The translations under genes were made by a program, and so were the position numbers. Of a DNA stretch of 58,675 nt, positions 55,935 through 58,675 are shown piece by piece. Source of the stretch: Nanohaloarchaea archaeon B1-Br10_U2g1 (GTDB lineage Archaea > Nanohalarchaeota > Nanosalinia > Nanosalinales > Nanosalinaceae). The stretch spans positions 1-58,675 of the forward strand of contig LKMN01000003.1 of the NCBI GenBank assembly GCA_001563875.1, read 5' to 3'. Below the pieces are notes generated by a model that was not told where the DNA came from, did no database searches, and saw only the letters and a program-made list of their open reading frames with translations. How positions within the stretch are numbered: the first letter of the stretch is position 1; each line of letters opens with the position of its first letter.

Positions 55935-56975
55935 GTGAAACCTAAAATCTTGATTGTTGGATGGGGATTCCCTCCCAAGATAGACGGAGGTCTTGACATA
56001 CACGTACACCATCTGTTCAAAGAACTGGAGAAACAGGAATTAGATGTTAGTCTTGCTTTACCTGCGGAGAGAGCTCCTGAAAGACCCAAAATTATTTCTT
56101 TAGAAACCGGGGAAGGGGACATGGTAGAGAGATCGCGGAGAATGAGCCAGAAGGTCGCTGAAATAGCGGGAGACTTTGATATTATCCACACACATGACTG
56201 GTTTGGAGCAGAAGCAGGGTTCAAATCCAAAAAATACAGCGATGTAAAATGGGTCTCGACAGTTCACTCCTTAGCAGGAGGTAGAACAAGAAAACCTGAT
56301 GAACGTCTTGAGAAACTTGAGAAAGTAGCTATAGAACATTCAGATCTTTCTATAACAGTTAGTAGAAAACTACAGAAAGAAATAAGTGAAAAGTACGGTA
56401 AAGAGCCAGAAATAGTTTACAACGGCTTTTCAAAGCCAGCATCTTCAGGCATAGATATCAAGAAACGCTACGGAATAGAAGACGAGATGTTTTTCTATGT
56501 TGGACGCCATGCAGAGCAGAAGGGTCTTGAACATCTTATATACGGCTTTAGAAAGGTATTAGAGGAACGGGAAAACGCCAAACTAGTTCTTGGTGGCGAA
56601 GGCCATCTTACAGGCTCTCTGAAAAAGTTTGTTGAGATACTTGGCATACAGAATAACGTAGTTTTCACAGGCTTTATACCTAGAGAAGAGTTAGGAGACT
56701 ACTATAGCGCAGCAGACGTTTTCGTATCTCCGTCCGTCAATGAACCATTTGGTTTAACTATAACAGAAGCGCTGGAATCAAATACTCCTGTAGTAGCGAC
56801 TAAAAATGGCGTGGAAGAAATTACAGACTCAGGCATTGTTTCTGTAAGACCTAACTCTGATTCTATAAAAAAGGGTGTTTTAGAAGCGCTGAAAAACGGT
56901 TCTGTGGAGAATTTAGAGTCTAGAGGCTGGGAAGAGATGACTGAAGAGCTGCTGAATTATTATAACAGTTTATGA
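55935..56975 (+). CDS. GT4 glycosyltransferase (glycogen-synthase-like)
   Basis: W.FPP...GGL, IH.HDW, GR...QKG, PS..EPFGL...EA; next to GH57. Confidence 0.88.
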   Translation: MKPKILIVGWGFPPKIDGGLDIHVHHLFKELEKQELDVSLALPAERAPERPKIISLETGEGDMVERSRRMSQKVAEIAGDFDIIHTHDWFGAEAGFKSKKYSDVKWVSTVHSLAGGRTRKPDERLEKLEKVAIEHSDLSITVSRKLQKEISEKYGKEPEIVYNGFSKPASSGIDIKKRYGIEDEMFFYVGRHAEQKGLEHLIYGFRKVLEERENAKLVLGGEGHLTGSLKKFVEILGIQNNVVFTGFIPREELGDYYSAADVFVSPSVNEPFGLTITEALESNTPVVATKNGVEEITDSGIVSVRPNSDSIKKGVLEALKNGSVENLESRGWEEMTEELLNYYNSL

Positions 56976-57200
56976 CAGAACTTCTATCTTTTCTATACTT
57001 CCTGTGTGGACAACGCCGTATCCTTCCGTAGTTTTCTCTAGAGCCTCTGTTTTCTCAACATAATAAGAACTATCGCTTCCGGCAGAACCAGGTAAATAAA
57101 TTCTTTCGGTTTCAGGTCCTTTTACAACCAAAGCAATTTCTTTATTAGTTCTAACCTTTATTTCTGTTCCCTTTTCTGTTTCTTGGGTCTCTACGTCCAC
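56970..57200 (-). CDS. Small hypothetical protein
   Basis: 76-aa ORF (ALVV....ERIYLP) with proteome-like composition. Confidence 0.6.
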   Translation of the reverse strand: MDVETQETEKGTEIKVRTNKEIALVVKGPETERIYLPGSAGSDSSYYVEKTEALEKTTEGYGVVHTGSIEKIEVLS

Positions 57201-57271
57201 AGAACAGTTTTAGTCTCGAGACGTTTTTAATGACCGCGGTCAATTTAAACGACCTGTCCTCAAATTGTTGT

Positions 57272-58489
57272 ATGTTACCTGTAACCCTTTCATTCGAGGT
57301 CCATCAGCCTCATAGACTAAGAATAGACGGAGTAAACGAGGACGCGAACAGTTTGTATGACCGTTATTTTGACGATGAAATGAACGAGCATTTCTTCAAA
57401 GACGTGGCAGAGAACTGTTACTTCCCTGCGACTGAAAGACTTCTTCGTGAGGCTAAAAAGTTTGAAGGGGAAGACAGAGAGTTCGTTGTAAACTTTTCTA
57501 TCTCAAGCTCGTGGGTCAACCAAGCTAAACAGTATCATCCTGAGCTTATTGACATGATTAACCGGTTTCCTGACTCCACGGTCGACTTTATCGGTCAGGC
57601 GCATTACCACTCTTTAGCAGGACTCTTTAACAACAAGGAGGAGTTCCGTTGGCAGTTGAAGAAACATAGAAACATAATTGAAGATAATTTCGGCGTAAGA
57701 CCTCAGGTAATGACTAATACAGAGTTAATCTACCATAACGAGGTTGGTAAAATTGCAGCTGAGGAAGGTTACAAAGGTATTTTTACTGAAGGCGCCGACC
57801 GGATACTTGGTTGGAGAAGCCCTAACCACGCCTATACACAGCCAGACTTTGTTACTGAAGACGGCACCAGCATACTTTTACGTAACAGAAAGCTTACGGA
57901 CGATGTCGGATACCGTTTTTCGGCCGAGTGGTGGGACGAATATCCTTTGAGCGCTGAAAAATATGCTTCTTGGCTCAATGCAGCACAAGGAGATATGTTG
58001 AACCTTTTCATGGACTACGAAACATTCGGAGAACACCACTGGGAAGGAACAGGAATATTATGGTTCCTAGAAGATCTCCCTACACAGGTTCTGAAGCACG
58101 ACAACCTGACTTTTGCTAAGGTGCGTGACGTCGCAGAGAACAACAGGCCTGTAGGAACTTTTGATGCTTTCGAGTATAATACAGTTTCTTGGGCGGACCA
58201 AGAGATGGATGCCTCTGCTTGGCTCGGGAACCCTATGCAGAAAATGCTTTTTGAAAAGATTCAGAAACTAGAGTCTAAGGTTAAGAGACTGGACGATCCA
58301 GAAGTACTTGATGTCTGGAGAAAGTTCATAACCTCAGACCATTTACATCATATCGCAACCAAGACCTACGAAGACGGGAATGTACACAACTATTTCTCAT
58401 ACTTTGATCACCCACACCAAGGATTTGCGGTGATAACCGACCATCTGATGGATTTCCAGGAGCAGGTAGAAAAAAGGCTGCGTAGTTAA
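57272..58489 (+). CDS. GH57 alpha-amylase
   Basis: FEVHQP.RL, YHSLA, NTELIY, LLRN..L.DD..YRF, DYETFGEH, SWAD, AWLGN.MQ, SDH. Confidence 0.93.
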   Translation: MLPVTLSFEVHQPHRLRIDGVNEDANSLYDRYFDDEMNEHFFKDVAENCYFPATERLLREAKKFEGEDREFVVNFSISSSWVNQAKQYHPELIDMINRFPDSTVDFIGQAHYHSLAGLFNNKEEFRWQLKKHRNIIEDNFGVRPQVMTNTELIYHNEVGKIAAEEGYKGIFTEGADRILGWRSPNHAYTQPDFVTEDGTSILLRNRKLTDDVGYRFSAEWWDEYPLSAEKYASWLNAAQGDMLNLFMDYETFGEHHWEGTGILWFLEDLPTQVLKHDNLTFAKVRDVAENNRPVGTFDAFEYNTVSWADQEMDASAWLGNPMQKMLFEKIQKLESKVKRLDDPEVLDVWRKFITSDHLHHIATKTYEDGNVHNYFSYFDHPHQGFAVITDHLMDFQEQVEKRLRS

Positions 58490-58631
58490 TCTTTCATAGT
58501 TTCCAAGCCTCATATTCTTCTTTAACTGAGACGTGTCGATTCACATATAAAGTTTAGTGTGTAATTCCTGTGTAGTAACACCATAATTTAGTATCGTGGT
58601 ACAACCTTAACCTAACAACAAGTGATAAAAA

Positions 58632-58675
58632 ATGGAAAACTACACACGAAGAGAGCTTCTTGCAGGAGGCGGAGC
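58632..58675 (+). CDS. Start of a probable Tat-exported protein (truncated)
   Basis: MENYTRRELLAGGG twin-arginine motif after AGTGA. Confidence 0.6.
   Translation, partial: MENYTRRELLAGGG

Noticed and set aside
1-58675. CRISPR array, IS element or provirus
   Set aside because: No regularly spaced repeats, transposase, integrase or viral hallmark genes seen.

Overview
Archaeal genomic DNA with an acidic (salt-in) proteome but A-rich sequence, most consistent with a Nanohaloarchaeota/DPANN organism (inferred from protein style and gene content, not from a search). 1-22 kb is the ribosomal super-cluster: rtcB end, L3-L4-L23-L2-S19-L22-S3-L29-aIF1, S17...L15-secY, DUF106/EMC3, Cbf5, then S13-S4-S11-rpoD. 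It is followed by aspS, smc-scpA-scpB, Rqc2, TFB, an ABC exporter, a dTMP-cycle cluster (tmk, glyA, thyA, folA), an intein-containing Hel308 helicase and sugar/glycogen genes (FBPase, aldolase, GAPDH-II, GT4, GH57). Four tRNAs are present; no CRISPR array or transposase was seen. Main unexplained signals: (1) the same ~49-aa helical domain appended through acidic linkers to both uS3 and uL24; (2) an unannotated ~134-nt Y-shaped RNA with its own TATA box inside the ribosomal operon, next to a GNAT gene in the slot normally holding Rpp29; (3) a clean box C/D guide RNA at 23.3 kb; (4) an SMC of only 841 aa; (5) tRNA-Pro(GGG) with C33; (6) a frameshift-split DUF5828-like paralogue.
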